From: Vicugna vicugna
Lineage: Eukaryota
Assembly (NCBI GenBank): GCA_013265495.1
Contig: MU061579.1
Coordinates: 7,292,124-7,356,123, forward strand
Direction: 5' to 3'
Length of the DNA stretch: 64,000 nucleotides
Positions 1 to 12,584 of the stretch are shown here, in pieces. Within the stretch, counting starts at the first letter, position 1. Each line of letters starts with the position of its first letter. The position numbers and the translations under genes are program-made. The notes beneath the pieces were generated by a model. The model searched no databases, was not told where the DNA came from, and worked only from the letters and a program-made list of their open reading frames with translations.

Positions 1-639
1 GCCACCGTGATAAATTGAAATTAGCTTGCCTTCATTGTGTTTGCTCACTGCTGCGCCTTCTGCTCCTGGTTCAATGACAGCACTCACTAAGTTAGAGGTC
101 ACAAGTGGTTTTTAAAGTTGAATCATCATCACAGGCACTGGTTGGACGCAGAGGAGTTCCCTCTTTAATGCCCTTTAGAGGCTCCTTCTGAAACAAGGTG
201 GTCAGGCCTTGAACAAAGGCCTAAGAACACCAGCAAGGGTAGGGAGTGGGCACTGGAGTTTTTCACAGAAGCAGGCTCTTCCTTGGCCTGTCAGCCTCAG
301 ATTCTCAAAGGAGGACTCTTTAATCTTTGAGTCCTCTGCACAGTCTACTAGACTCTCACAAACGTTTGCACTGAGGTGGGAATTCCCAATGACAGAAGCT
401 CAGACCACTACAGATGGCTAGGGCTGCAGGTTTGAGCCTTTGCCCTTTGAACCCAAAGGCTGGCACTGTGTGCCCTGTGCACAGGTGTCCCCACATCCTG
501 CAGTCTGGCAGGTAAGGCAGTTTTATGCCAACATAAAAAGAGAATGGCTACAGGGGAAAGAGGTCCATGTGGGTCTTGAACTCAAAAAAGGGGAAAGTCC
601 TGAGCCCAGAAATTAAACTATAAATTATAAGTTGTAGTC

Positions 640-792
640 AGAACCAGCTACATAATTTGCAGAGATCTATGTAAAATAAAAATGCAAGGCCTTTTGTTCA
701 AAAATTAGGAATGTCAAGGTGGTGATGACCTGACATGGAAGCTATCTAAGCATGGGGCCCCGTGTACAGGTCACACACCTGTAAAGCCAGCT
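640..792. mobile_element. MER91-like non-autonomous hAT-Tip100 DNA transposon
   Basis: ccagctacataatttgc...aaaatgcaaggccttttgttcaaaaatt...catggggccc...aaagccagct resembles the MER91 consensus as recalled. Confidence 0.7.
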
Positions 793-999
793 ATGGAACT
801 TGGAATGTACCAAAATTCTTGGACAAAGATACCTATTCAAAATGTAAAATATCATTTTTAAAATGAATGATGTTTCATTTTTTCCTACAAATTGAACTTA
901 CTATTAAAAAGACAGGACCATTTTAAACAACCTATTCAAATTGGATGTCTGCTTATGGCTCTCCAGAAATAAAAATACAATCCAGTAATTAAAGCCAGA

Positions 1000-1130
1000 G
1001 GAAACCTTAGTAATTATCTAACACGCCCCTTATTTTACAGATGAGAGATAGTTAAGTGACTTGCCTGGTATCTCATTGCTAGTATGAGCCAGGGTTGGAA
1101 ACCAAGGCTCTAAAATTTCCCTTCTCAGAC
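1000..1130 (-). mobile_element. MIR SINE fragment
   Basis: attttacagatgag...gttaagtgacttgcc, reverse of the MIR core. Confidence 0.65.
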
Positions 1131-2665
1131 TTTTCCATAACACTTAGCTGCTTGACACACTCTCTACAGATATTTCACTGTCACACAATCTCATATACAT
1201 GCACATCTTATCAATGGAGGGAGGGACAAAGGAAAGAAGGAAGGAAGGAAAGAAAATCAAGTTTAAATTATTTTCCAGATACTTAACCCTACAGATTTGC
1301 TTACAAGATTAAAAAAGCCCCACATAGGCATATCTAAAAGCCATTGCTTATTGTTTTATTTTAAATGTGATCGAGGTTCTCATTCACATGAGGAAAAGGA
1401 TGTCATATTTCTTCTGAGGGAATTAAAATTTAAGATCACAAGACTAAATGATCTTCCCATTTTTTCAGAAATAAAGTTAAAGGATCATAGGTAGAAATAG
1501 TTGTAACATTAGCAATCCTTTATCTCCTAAATTTAGCCCAGCCCTGGGGCAAGCACTTTCCCTGTGTTCCTTCATCAAATCCTCAGTTGTATATCTTGGG
1601 AAGTATTGTCACTGATACTCACTTCAAAGCTGAGGAGACTAGAATTTGAGGGATTAAGGCACTCACCCAAGTCACACAGCTGTTCTGGGTGCTGCCAAGA
1701 CTCAAATCCAGGGTCAGCTCACTCCAGGCCTACCCTTGAACTTCTGTCTATATGCTTCTGCCTCTGAAATGCAGAATACTAGCCATTTAGCTCTCCTTTT
1801 CCATTATAAAGTTTTAATCTGTCATTTTTTTTTCTTACCCTGGCTTCTTTGAATTCTGTGTCAACACCTGCTTACATGCATTTTTTCAAGGAAAATTAGT
1901 TATTTATAGGAATGTGCTATAAATGTGAGTTCCCAGGAATCACATATACAAAATCATACAATTTTCATCAATTGTGTTTTGCTTTGTTTCTAGTTTCTCT
2001 ATAAGAATTCAGTTAATCATTTCCCTTGGTAGAAACCTTTCCTGTTTTCCTCTGTGCTGCTAAGGTGCTAATTTTCATCACCGTCATTTAAATGCGTGAG
2101 GTTCAGTTGGCTGGTATTTACTCTAATTAAGTTGCAAATACTTCCACAGAAGGTCTCTGTAGAATTTCTTCTTTCTGTGATTTAGATGTAGTCATCTTTC
2201 CGTTCGAGAGGTTATATCCAGGAGAGAAGCCTACAGTTCTTTGAAAAATACATTTGCAGGGGATATCAAATGATATTTTATAAAATCTAAGTCTATTTTG
2301 ATCTGACAGCAAGCATGCACTGTCTTCCTGGTACTGGGCTGAGGGTAGGAGGTTGGGGATGAGAGTCGTTACATATGTAACAATAGATCCTAACCTTGCT
2401 TACAGAAGCTTTTCAGAGGTACCTGGGAGAAAGGAAACAACTGCATGATGAAATGGAAATGGTCAAGGCCCAGGGGTCTGGGATAAAGCCGTGCCAATGA
2501 CTCACGCGTTGACTTTCAGCAGCTTCTCCCAGGTCAGTCTTCTTCCCCATACAATGCAGGAAGGCGACAGGATGATTTCTAAACTTTCCCATTCAGCCCT
2601 AAGACTCTACACCATACTAAGTGATAAGATGATAGGGCGCATGGTGCCAACATCAGGCTTTCAAT

Positions 2666-2862
2666 GTAGGGTTTCTCAACATTATCGACATTAGTGGACT
2701 GGATAATTCTTTGCTGGGGACTGTTTTGTGCTCTATAGGATGACCTCTACCAACTAAATGCCAGTAGCAGTCTCTCTTCCCTCATTTGAGACAACCAAAA
2801 ACATTTTCCAATATTACCGAATGTGCACTGGGGGTAAAATCACTCCTGGTTGAGAACCACTG
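2666..2862. mobile_element. MER20 hAT-Charlie DNA transposon
   Basis: gtttctcaac...ggataattctttgctgggg...atgccagtagca...gacaaccaaaaa...ggttgagaaccactg, with inverted termini. Confidence 0.8.
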
Positions 2863-3574
2863 GGCTCCAGGAAGTCCAAAACCAAAAGGACTGCAACTGG
2901 ACTCTCTGAGCAAGGCTTCATGGAGCAGGTGCAATGTAGGCTAAGTTGAAAGAAGCGCAGGGATTAGTGGAGAGGTGGAGAAGGGTGTGAGCGCATGTGC
3001 AGTGACAGAGTTAGTACATGCAGGCTGGACCGTGATGCGTATGCATGAGGGGAAGGGGCAGAGGAGCACGGCTCAACAGTAACTGTGGGTCGGAGCTGAG
3101 CCTGGTGGTCAATACAAGGAGAACTGAGAACTTTAAATGCCCAGAAACTGTCATCAATTATACCAAATGAGATTTGTTTTTCAGGGATGCCAAGATTCAA
3201 TTGTTCAATTAGATATTTTTCGTCGTAAATCAGGAAGTTGCAAATAGAGAAGTCCTAATTTTGCCAACATAGTCAGTAGACCTCAGAGGAATCCGATCGC
3301 GAGGTTAGCAGTGGTGTCCATAACATCTGCCTCATTCCTGACCACCAGGTCAAGTTTTGTCTCATGCGCACACCGCCCCCTGAAAATTGCACGTAAGTAA
3401 CTCAGACCATTTGCTGCTAGAACCTTAAAATCAGGTGGATTGATATGGCTTATTGATTATATGGTTATTCTCTGTGAAGCACAAGAGAGAATTATAGTGA
3501 AGAATCACATGATTCCGGCTCAATAAAACCCACAAATGCACATTTTGGAGGACAAACCTTTCAAAGTACAAGGT

Positions 3575-3800
3575 GTCTTATCTTAGGCAAGCTTCGTTTT
3601 GATTGCAATCAGCAGAAACGTAAACACTAGCTTAAAACACTGTAAATTTATGATAATTTATGATACAGATACAAAAAGAGCCAAGCCTCAAGCTCTCAAG
3701 CAAATCAGAACCAGGGATCATAGAGAATAAATGCAGGATGTGTGGCTCCCCCTACATCTTTCTGGGCTACCCCACAGTTCTTACTTCTACTCTTAGCAAG
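3575..3800 (-). mobile_element. Old MaLR LTR fragment (MLT1K/L-like)
   Basis: gattgcaatcagcagaaac...ctagcttaaaac...aatttat resembles a reversed MLT1 3' end. Confidence 0.45.
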
Positions 3801-4079
3801 TATAGGTTTCCTTTCTGTCTCTCTGTCTCTCTTTTTATCTCTATTTCTCTCTCTTTCTGCTATTTGCTTATTTATTGCTTATTGATCTTGGCCAGGGCCT
3901 CCCATGGCTGCTTCACACCCAGGACCTGTTTAGCACCTCCTCCACTGTGGATCAGTGTCCTGTGTCTCAGGAGAACATGGGGATGCCACGTGTAGGGACT
4001 CTGAGTGTGGCTGTGTATCCTAGTCAGGGCTGTTGGACATGGTCCTCACGCCGACTGATAGATTCCATATAGGGAAGTA

Positions 4080-4680
4080 TCATGGAAGCAGAACAGAGGC
4101 AAGACTGTCCTAAAAAAAGAAGTGATCATCCGCATCAAATGTGCAGAGTAGTCCAGTAACATAAGGACTGAAAAAGTTATCCTCCAAGTCAGCGGGGAGG
4201 TTACGGAGGACTCTTGTGGAAAGACATTAAGTGCAGAGGGTGAAGAAGTGGGGATAGTTGGGGAGAGTTCCTTTTCAGAAGCCCGACTGAGAGAGAAGAG
4301 GGGCAGGCGTGAGACAGGGATCTTGGGAGTCAAGAGAAGGTCTTCATGGAATGGAATTGATTATTTAGGACAACTGGCACATGTACAGAGAGAAAGATGT
4401 GAGGAAAGGGATAAGTAATGTCACAAGGTCTTGCTGGGATCAAGAGTGTAGGGGTTGTTGGCCTTGAATGAAAAGCAGACACCTGGTGCTTTGAAACTGA
4501 AGGGAAAAGGCCAAAGAAAGGCACCAATGTGAATATAATTGCAGGTGAGAAATAGAAAGTTGAGGAGGTTCACACTGATGGAGGCAAATCCATCCTTTGA
4601 CAATGGAAGGGATGGGAATGATGCAAGGGTTTTGAGGAGACCATGATTGGAGCCATTAGTACAGATGTCTGAGCCATGTA
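4080..4680 (-). mobile_element. L2 LINE fragment
   Basis: Purine-rich tract with catcaaatgtgcagag...aacataaggactgaaaa, typical of reversed L2. Confidence 0.55.
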
Positions 4681-7036
4681 CCACACAGGCACCATAAATT
4701 AACTTATCCCAGAATGTGAAACGAGATCAACAGTTTGAAAACCAGAGGAGAGCCTCCTGCATATAAGCACACACTGCACACAAGGCCAGCGCACACCTGG
4801 AAGAGTACATGTGTACACTCTCACTGGTGCTCACACTTAAACACACACTCACATGTGCACACACATGCATGACTGTGTCCTATGTCAGTCATTCTCTGAG
4901 GATCCCTGAAGTTTCTTCTCTCACCTGAAGATGCCTGCCTGATGAGTGCCAACCAGACTCCAACCCTACTCCTCTTTCCCTGGAGATGTGAGGAATGTAC
5001 GGGCTGCTGACACTGTGAGGACCCAAGGTCTGGGATGGGGTGGCGCAGGTTGTAAGAATTTGGGCACATACATGTGTGCAGCCAAAGACTGGAAATCCCA
5101 TTTCCCCCATTCCCCAAGGCAGAGCTGTCCAGATTGTGCTATAACAGCAGATTAAACTAACTGGAGGAAGGGGCATTTTTTGCTAATTCTCAGAGATTTG
5201 AGAGTAGTAAAAATTTGCATGATCCCTGAATGGAACGGGAGAGCCGTCCAGATGCTGCGCATCATGGAGGGTACAGCTGGGGTTACAGCCCATGAATTTT
5301 TCATGGACCTATCTTCTCAATTGAGTGATGCTCTGTAACTGTGCTTAGTAGCCCAGGGATAAGAATGAAGAATGCAGTTGAGGAGATGGATCCCAGTTTA
5401 GGGTTTTTCCTGGAAAAGCATATCATCTTAGAGGTTGTTCAAGGCTTTTGGCAGTTTTAGGTATCAGAGGTTGAGGTGATAATCTTCAGTGTAGGCTGGT
5501 TAGGACACAGAGGGCTGATCTACAGAGAGAAATTGAGGGGTCTGGTGGTGCCTGCAGTGTGTGGAGCTGGGTGGAGAGGATGAGAGAGCTGCAGGATGGG
5601 AGGGCCCTTTCTCAACATCGCCCAGATGCTGCCAATTTCTTTGGAACTCTGAGAATCCCATATGGGGCGTTCCGTTGCCAAGACCCATGGTCGGTAACAA
5701 GGATTCTCCCTGTCTTACTTTCATCACAGCCAAAAGTTAGTCTGTGTGGCTGGCTCTTACTACCTGCTGCCACAAACTCTGCCCCTCTCTGGAGGTTAAT
5801 CTCACTACATCCTGAGTTCAGTGTGGACCACCACACCCCAGACAGCTCCCACCTGTGTGATGCCCAGAAAGAGCATGTGGGCCTTTTGACATCAAGGATT
5901 TTCCTGAAATGGCTGCACAAAACCAGAAAGAAGATAAGAAAAAGAGGAGCTTGAGGACATCACGAAGATTACACAATCTTACAAAGTGTTTATATAGTTT
6001 AAGCCAGACTCTACACGTTGTATGAGTTAATCCCATGATTATTTCTAACTAGATGAAATAACACAACTTAGCTGAAACACCAGTCTGCCCTGTTGTAATC
6101 TATCTTCCTTCATTCCTTTCTTTCTCTGTTTTTTTCTTTCTATAGCTCCCTTCACGATGTGGACTTCTTTCTATTTCCTAGATCTCTCATTATTGCTTTA
6201 CTTAAAGTGAATGCTTCAGCCAAGTGGGTCTACTCTCAGGTTCACCAGATGCCCCGTAAATATTCCTACCTGCTCCTTCTTCATCATCCGTCACCCTTCA
6301 GTGTCCTGTGTGCTCTTCACCTTTAGGGATCAGTTCATGTCCCAACCCTTCCATAAACCCTATTTTTAACCATGCCTGTCACCGGTTGCCATTCTGTCCC
6401 GAAATTGAGCAACTTGCATTTCACTGTATTTTGTTACTTACTGATCTGTGAGATGCCCCATCCTTCTAACTAGACTGAAAGATTGCTGAGGATACCAGCA
6501 ATGTTTTATGTGAGTAACAGGGGCCCAGAGAAATAGAATTTTAAAAAGGAGATCAGCACATTATCTACCTAGATACTGAGGCCCTAAGTCCTTCTGAAAG
6601 AGATACTCCCTATTAAGGAGTGTGGAAGGGGTAACTTGAGTATGCCCCACTGACCCAGGATAAGGATGTGACTACACTTCTGTGGCCTGAACCAAGGTTC
6701 CCTCCAACCCTGTGGGATACAGGGCTAGTAACTACAATGTAGTGGGCAAGTTCACAGAGGGCATCTCTTTGGGGAAAAGGGACCCCAACATTTCTCATAC
6801 TTTAATATGAATATATAAAACAACTGAGCATCTTGTCAAAGTGCTGATTCTTATTTAGTAGGTCTCAGATGGAGCCTGGGTTTTTGCATTACTGACAATC
6901 TCAGAGATTGACAGTGTGGCCGTGAGCCACACTTTGAATAACAAGCATCTACACTTCAAGCTACACCTTTGAGAGTCAACATTATGAGAAACCATTTTGT
7001 GGATCAGGATAGTTCCCAGTGAGGTCCTTGGGCAAG

Positions 7037-7300
7037 TGTATTAGATACCTATTGCTCTGCAACAAAATCATCACAAGCTTAGTGCCTTAAAACAGCACAC
7101 ATTTATTATCTCATTGTTTCTGAGGGTCTGGAATCCAGACATAACTTAATTGGATCCTCTGCTTCAGGGTCTCTCATGAGGCTACAATCAACTGTTGACA
7201 AATTGAGAATGAGGTCTCATCTGAAGGCTCACGTGGGGAAAGATCCCATTTCAAGCTCCTGTGGGCTTAGGCAGGAGTCAATTCCTTATGGCATGTTGGC
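7037..7300 (-). mobile_element. MLT1 (D/E/F-like) MaLR LTR fragment
   Basis: tgtattag...ctattgct...cttagtgccttaaaacagcacacatttattatctca...gtctcatctgaaggctc. Confidence 0.75.
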
Positions 7301-7770
7301 CCCAAACCTCAAACATTTGTACTTAATTTTTTTTCTCTAGCAACTAAATAGTTCATGCTCATTGAAAACAAATGTGGAAAAATTGAAAAACCAACATAAG
7401 CTAATTGCTGAGAAATTACAACTCTGAGTATATTTTGGTGTCATATGGTATTGGTGGTTGTTTTTTTTAACTAGTATCATTAGCATTTTTCTCGTGTCAT
7501 TGTATGGTCTCTACAAATATGATTTTAGTGACTGTAAACCATTCACTGTTCTCTTACTATGGACCTCTACATTAATTTTGGTAATAATGCCATGAGAAAC
7601 AATTTGGTTCATTAACCATTAGCAGCTGATCTACCTTTTAAAGGATGCATTTCCAGAAGTGACTGTAAAGATTTTTAATGTTCTTCTAAGAATAAATAAA
7701 GCCTCATTTTATCCAGGCTTGTGCAAGGATGCTTCATAGTTCTTTTTACTGAATAGACCTTCTAAGGAAG

Positions 7771-7960
7771 TGCTGTCCAAAGGAACTTTTGTTGATGACA
7801 AAACTATTCCATATCTGCAATAGCATATGTGGCTATTAAACACTTGAAACATGGCTAGTGAGCATGAGGAACTGAATGTTAAATTTTATCTTGTTTGAAT
7901 TAATTTAAATCAAATTTAAATAGATGCATGTGGCTAGTAGTGACCATATTGGACAGTACA
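7771..7960. mobile_element. MER3 hAT-Charlie DNA transposon
   Basis: tgctgtccaa...gtggctattaaacacttgaaa...gaggaactgaat...tggctagtagtgaccatattggacagtaca, with inverted termini. Confidence 0.8.
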
Positions 7961-8824
7961 ATGGGGGAAAGCAGACTATATTGATATTGTCCCTGGTGTT
8001 TATCAAGTAATATTTAAAAAATTTTTGGTTTAAGTGTGAAATCCACATTTTCTCTTATTACTGGTGTTTGAAACTTTAATGTTTAAGCTATAGCTCCCCT
8101 CCATTGCCCCTTACTGAGTTTAATAATAGGCTTTGATAAATGACAGTATACTCATGGTATTCAACAACCTAGACAACTTGTACCTTTACAGAAGTTGTGT
8201 GATTTTCATCACCACAAAGGAGCTACAGACGCTTAAGAAACTATGTTTGACAAAGAACAATTATGTTATTCAGATTTTCAGAAGTAGCTTGAGAAGTAAT
8301 AAAAATATGAGATGATTCAGAGCACCAGAGAGATCTGAAAGACAAAGTACCCCAGAGGGTTGCTAAGTGTTCTGGAAAAGGAAGCATAAAAATCAGCTCA
8401 CTTTATGGTTCTTAGTTCACATCTGAAAAAAGTTAAATGAAACTTTGGTTCATGTTTGGGAGGAAACTTACCAAATTATACATTTTCAGGAAAAAGTTGC
8501 CTCTGAGCTATGATCTTACCAAATTCACACATATTTCAGTCCCATCACCAACTGCTTTGCTGTTGATTCAGCCAACATCAGCAAAGAGCTCAGAATCATC
8601 TTACATGCTCCCATTGTGAATACTCTTCCTGCCTCCTACCCTTTTGTCTTCCACAATATGACTTCTGCTCATTTTCCAAATCCCTAACAAGTTAGAAGTC
8701 AGTATTCATTGCACTCCTTACTTGTTATTCACTATCTATCTTCTCCTCTACCCTAGAAACTCCCTGAGATTGGAAATCATGGCTCAGGTTGTCTTCTTCA
8801 TGTTGCTGTATCTGCAGTGCCAAG

Positions 8825-8890
8825 TAGATAGGTAGGTAGGTAGACGGATAGATGATATATACATACATGGGAGATATAGATAGATATAGT
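8825..8890. repeat. Degenerate (TAGG/TAGA)n microsatellite
   Basis: tagataggtaggtaggtagacggatagat...tagatagatatag. Confidence 0.6.
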
Positions 8891-8919
8891 TGGTGCTCCA
8901 TAAATATTTAATAAATGTG

Positions 8920-9100
8920 TGAATGAATTTAATCTTCACAACTACCCTGTGAGAAACGGGTTTTCACTTCCATTGTGGATGAGGAAACTGAGGCTCAGAG
9001 AGTGCAACGCTTGCTCCGGGTCTCACAGCTACAAGGTGGGAGACGTGGGATTTGAACCCAGGTATCCAACCCCAAGTCAGGAGTTCTCTTCATTCCATGG
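8920..9100 (-). mobile_element. MIR SINE
   Basis: tttaatcttcacaactaccctgtgag...gatgaggaaactgaggctcagaga...ggatttgaacccagg. Confidence 0.85.
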
Positions 9101-9491
9101 GAGTTGCTCCCTCGTTCTCCTGCTCTAGGCCGGCACTGAACACCCACATCTGCTCCCCTAGGCAAAGAGATACATGAGCGATGGGAGCAATTCCAGTAAG
9201 GATCAGGCTGCAGTGGGGAACAGCTGCAGCCACGGAAGAAATAAATGCAGGAATAGAGCTGTCTCTAGAGCCAAAGGCTCTTCTCCTTCACAAAGAATTA
9301 CCACGCTCACTCCAATCTGAGAAAATAAGGCCACAGCCTGCAGCCTCCTTTCTTTGTAATAGATATCAGAGCTCAATTTAACCACCTTAAAGACATCCAC
9401 ATGGAGGACTGTGAAACGTCAGTAATTAGCATTGTCTTACTACTACCCCATGGATTCTGCTTTAAACAACCAAATTATGTGGCTCTTTACA

Positions 9492-9823
9492 CAGCCATAC
9501 CTCGATATCCATGGGGGATTGGTTCCCAGACCCCCACGGATACCAAACTCAAGAATGCTCAAGTCCCTTACATAGAACGGCATGGTATTTGCATATAACC
9601 TACACAGATCCTCCCAATCATCTCTAGATTACTAATAATACCTAACACAATGTAAATCTATGTGAATAGTTGTAAATACACTGTAAGTGTTATATGGTTG
9701 CTGGGCATGTGCCAAACTCAGGTTTTGCTTTTTGGAAATTTCTAGAATTTTTTTTCAATTATTTTCAATCCACGGTTGGTTGAATCCATGGATGTAGAAC
9801 CCAAGGACACAAAGAGATGGCTG
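9492..9823. mobile_element. MER2 (Tigger family) DNA transposon
   Basis: cagccatacctcgatatccatgggggattggttcccagacccc...tttgcatataacctacac...gatggctg followed by TA. Confidence 0.85.
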
Positions 9824-10061
9824 TATAACAACATATTTCACCAAATTAGAATGAGAATGAATTTTAGATACACCTTTTTTCTGCAGTCTCTTTTCTCATA
9901 TATGGGAAGTGAGGTTCAGAGAAGTGGGAAGACATGCTCAAGATGCACAGCACTAAGGTGAGAACAAAGCGATCACGTGCCTCTGTCTGGTGGCCTGTCC
10001 ATTCTACTGGTGATTATATGTTCTTCTCTTTCTTTAATTCAAAGATTTTATTCATAATAAG

Positions 10062-10493
10062 TGTTTCTGGTTGCTAGGGCTTCTGTAATAACAAAGTACC
10101 ACAAACTCTATGTCTTACAATAACAAAAATTTATTCTCTCACAGTTCTGGAGGCTAGAAGTCTGAAATCAAGGTGTTGGCAGGGCCATGCTTCATTCTAA
10201 GCCTCTAGGGGAGGATCCTTCCTTACCTCTTCCAGCTTCTGGTAGTCCCAGACTTTCCTGGGTTTGTGACAGCATGACTCTCTGCCTCCATCTCTGCATC
10301 TCTGTGGCTACATCGTGTCTCTTCCTCTTGTCCTCTTCCTCTGGGACACCACTCATATTGGTCACACTGTACTCAAGCATAGCTTCATCTCGACTAATTA
10401 CATGTGCAATGACTCTGTTTCCAAATAAGATCACGCCCTGAGGTAGCAGGGATTGAGCATATCTTTTTGATGAACGCAATTCAACCCATAACA
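10062..10493 (-). mobile_element. MLT1B/C MaLR solo LTR
   Basis: acaaagtaccacaaact...tttattctctcacagttctggaggctagaagtctgaaatcaaggtgttggcagggccatg...aattcaacccataaca. Confidence 0.85.
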
Positions 10494-10519
10494 ATATATA
10501 TCCAAAAATGGTTTACTTA

Positions 10520-11210
10520 TGGGCACAGTTCTAACTCAAAGTGAACTGAGACATGTAACCAGTGCCCAGATCAGGAAACAGAACATGACCAGCACCCCAG
10601 ATTCCTCTCACGCTCTCTTCTATCACTTGCCTCCACTGTCACCAGTAACCACTATCATGCCTAACAAAATGGATTTGCTTTTTTTAAACTCATTAATTCA
10701 CAAATGTATTATCATACCATAAAATTTATATTTTGAAACATAAAATTCAGTAGTTTTTAATATATTCACAGCATTGTGCAGCCATCACCACTATCTAATT
10801 CCAGAATATTTTCATCATCTCTAAAAGAAACCTCACACCCACTAGGAGCCATTCCTACCACCCGCTTTGCTGGCCCCAGCCTCTGATAACCATGATCTAC
10901 CGTCTGTTTGTATTGATTTACCTCTTCTGAACTTCCATTTCGTATTAATGGAATCATACAATATATGTCTGGCTTCTTTCATGTTGTATAATGTTTTCAA
11001 GACTCATCCATGTTGTAGCATGTATCAATATTTCACTGCTTTTTATGGCAATAATATTCTATTGTATCAATATACCACATTAGGTCATTCTTCAGATGAC
11101 AGACATTAGTGTTGTTTCCTTTTTTCAGTTATTATGAATAATATAAGTATAAACATTCTAGCATGTGTTTCATGTGGATATATATTTTCACTTCTCTTGG
11201 GTTTGTACTT
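10520..11210 (-). mobile_element. Old L1 3' ends (L1ME fragment followed by L1MB-like fragment)
   Basis: ttgtgcagccatcaccactatctaattccagaatattttcatc...aatggaatcatacaatat...catccatgttgtagcatgtatca. Confidence 0.75.
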
Positions 11211-11759
11211 GTATTTTTTGTACCCTAATCATCCGGCACAGTTCAAGGTTTTTTGGTGGATATCAGTTGGCTGACTACAAGTTAAAAAGCAACCCTAGCC
11301 TCTGAAAAGGCTCTCCTACATTCTCCTACATCAGGGAATAATATGGACACTTGAGAGAACTGTAGCTCTCCTGTGTTTGATCACCATTGTCTCTTTATAT
11401 TCATCCTTCCAGGTAGTTAATAATCATCTGCTTTTCCACATCAGTGTTCGTGCAGGAAGCAGCACGTTGCTCATGTGCTCAGAAAATGTTATCTGGGGTC
11501 ACAGTGAAACGGCATGTGCTTTAAACAACAAAATGAAATATTTTGGAAACTGTTGATTTTGGAAAAATAAAAAAACTGCAGGAAACAAAGCATATACCCA
11601 TCATTCTCCCCAGTGAGGACATCAAAGAAGTACAGCATTTGCAAGATCCCCTCGGCTCTGCTCTCTACACATGATCACAACAATATGGACATAGAAATAG
11701 AGGCATGCTTCCAACTCTCTCTCTTTACTTTTTATGTTTTGAAAGAGTGGTTCCTTAGT

Positions 11760-11798
11760 TAGATAGGCAGGTAGGTAGGTAGGTAGATAGATAGATAA
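11760..11798. repeat. (TAGG)n(TAGA)n microsatellite
   Basis: tagataggcaggtaggtaggtaggtagatagatagata. Confidence 0.75.
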
Positions 11799-12008
11799 AT
11801 TCTTTTGAATGAACGTATAGCATACTAGATATAAAGAATAATAAAATGGTTATATGTATACCTACCAACTCAGCTTAAGAAATAGAATATTATCAAAACT
11901 GTTGAAGTCTTTCTACCTTCCCCAATGAATTCGCCATGCTGGATTTTGCAATACTTTGTTATAATTTTACTACATTTGTATGTATCTCTAAACAATATAG
12001 TTTTGTAG

Positions 12009-12237
12009 CTCTTTGAATTTTATATAAAACAGTATCCTATTGTTCGTATTCTTCTGCCATTTGCTTTTTTCATTCAATATTATGTTTATAAGATTAATCG
12101 TAATTGATACTTTTTTTCCTTCTCTCTTTGAATTTTATATAAAACAGTATCCTATTGTTCGTATTCTTCTGCCATTTGCTTTTTTCATTCAATATTATGT
12201 TTATAAGATTAATCCATATTGATACTTTTTTCCTTCT
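12009..12237. repeat. Near-perfect 115-bp tandem duplication (2 copies)
   Basis: 12009-12123 and 12124-12237 both read ctctttgaattttatataaaacagtatcctattg...ttgatacttttttccttct. Confidence 0.95.
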
Positions 12238-12334
12238 AGAAGTTTTATGGTTTCAAGTCTTACAATTAAGTCTTTAATCCATTTTCAATCCTCAATTATG
12301 ATATATGATATGAGAAAGTAATCGAGTTTGATTC

Positions 12335-12418
12335 TTTTTTTTTAACGAAGGTACTGAGGATTGAATCCAGGACCTTGTGCATGCTAAGCATGCGCTCTAC
12401 CAGAGCTATACCCTCCCC
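12335..12418 (-). mobile_element. vic-1-type tRNA-derived SINE (camelid)
   Basis: Reverse strand reads ggggagggtatagctctggtagagcgcatgcttagcatgcacaaggtcctggattcaatcctcagtacc plus A-tail; Pol III A and B boxes. Confidence 0.85.
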
Positions 12419-12584
12419 CCATGTTGATACATTTTGCTTTAGTTTACTCATCTTCACTGCTCCATTTTATGTAATTACTGCAAATCATTTGTTCTTCATG
12501 ATGTCAGACACTTGTTTGCATTTTCTGCTCTTACAATGTTGCTATGAACATTCTTATACATATCTCTAGACTATACATTTTTCT

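Noticed and set aside
3290..3400. Mini-promoter with GC box, tgcgca and a cac|gtaagt donor
   Set aside because: Too few CpGs and no supporting downstream exon; consistent with chance motifs.
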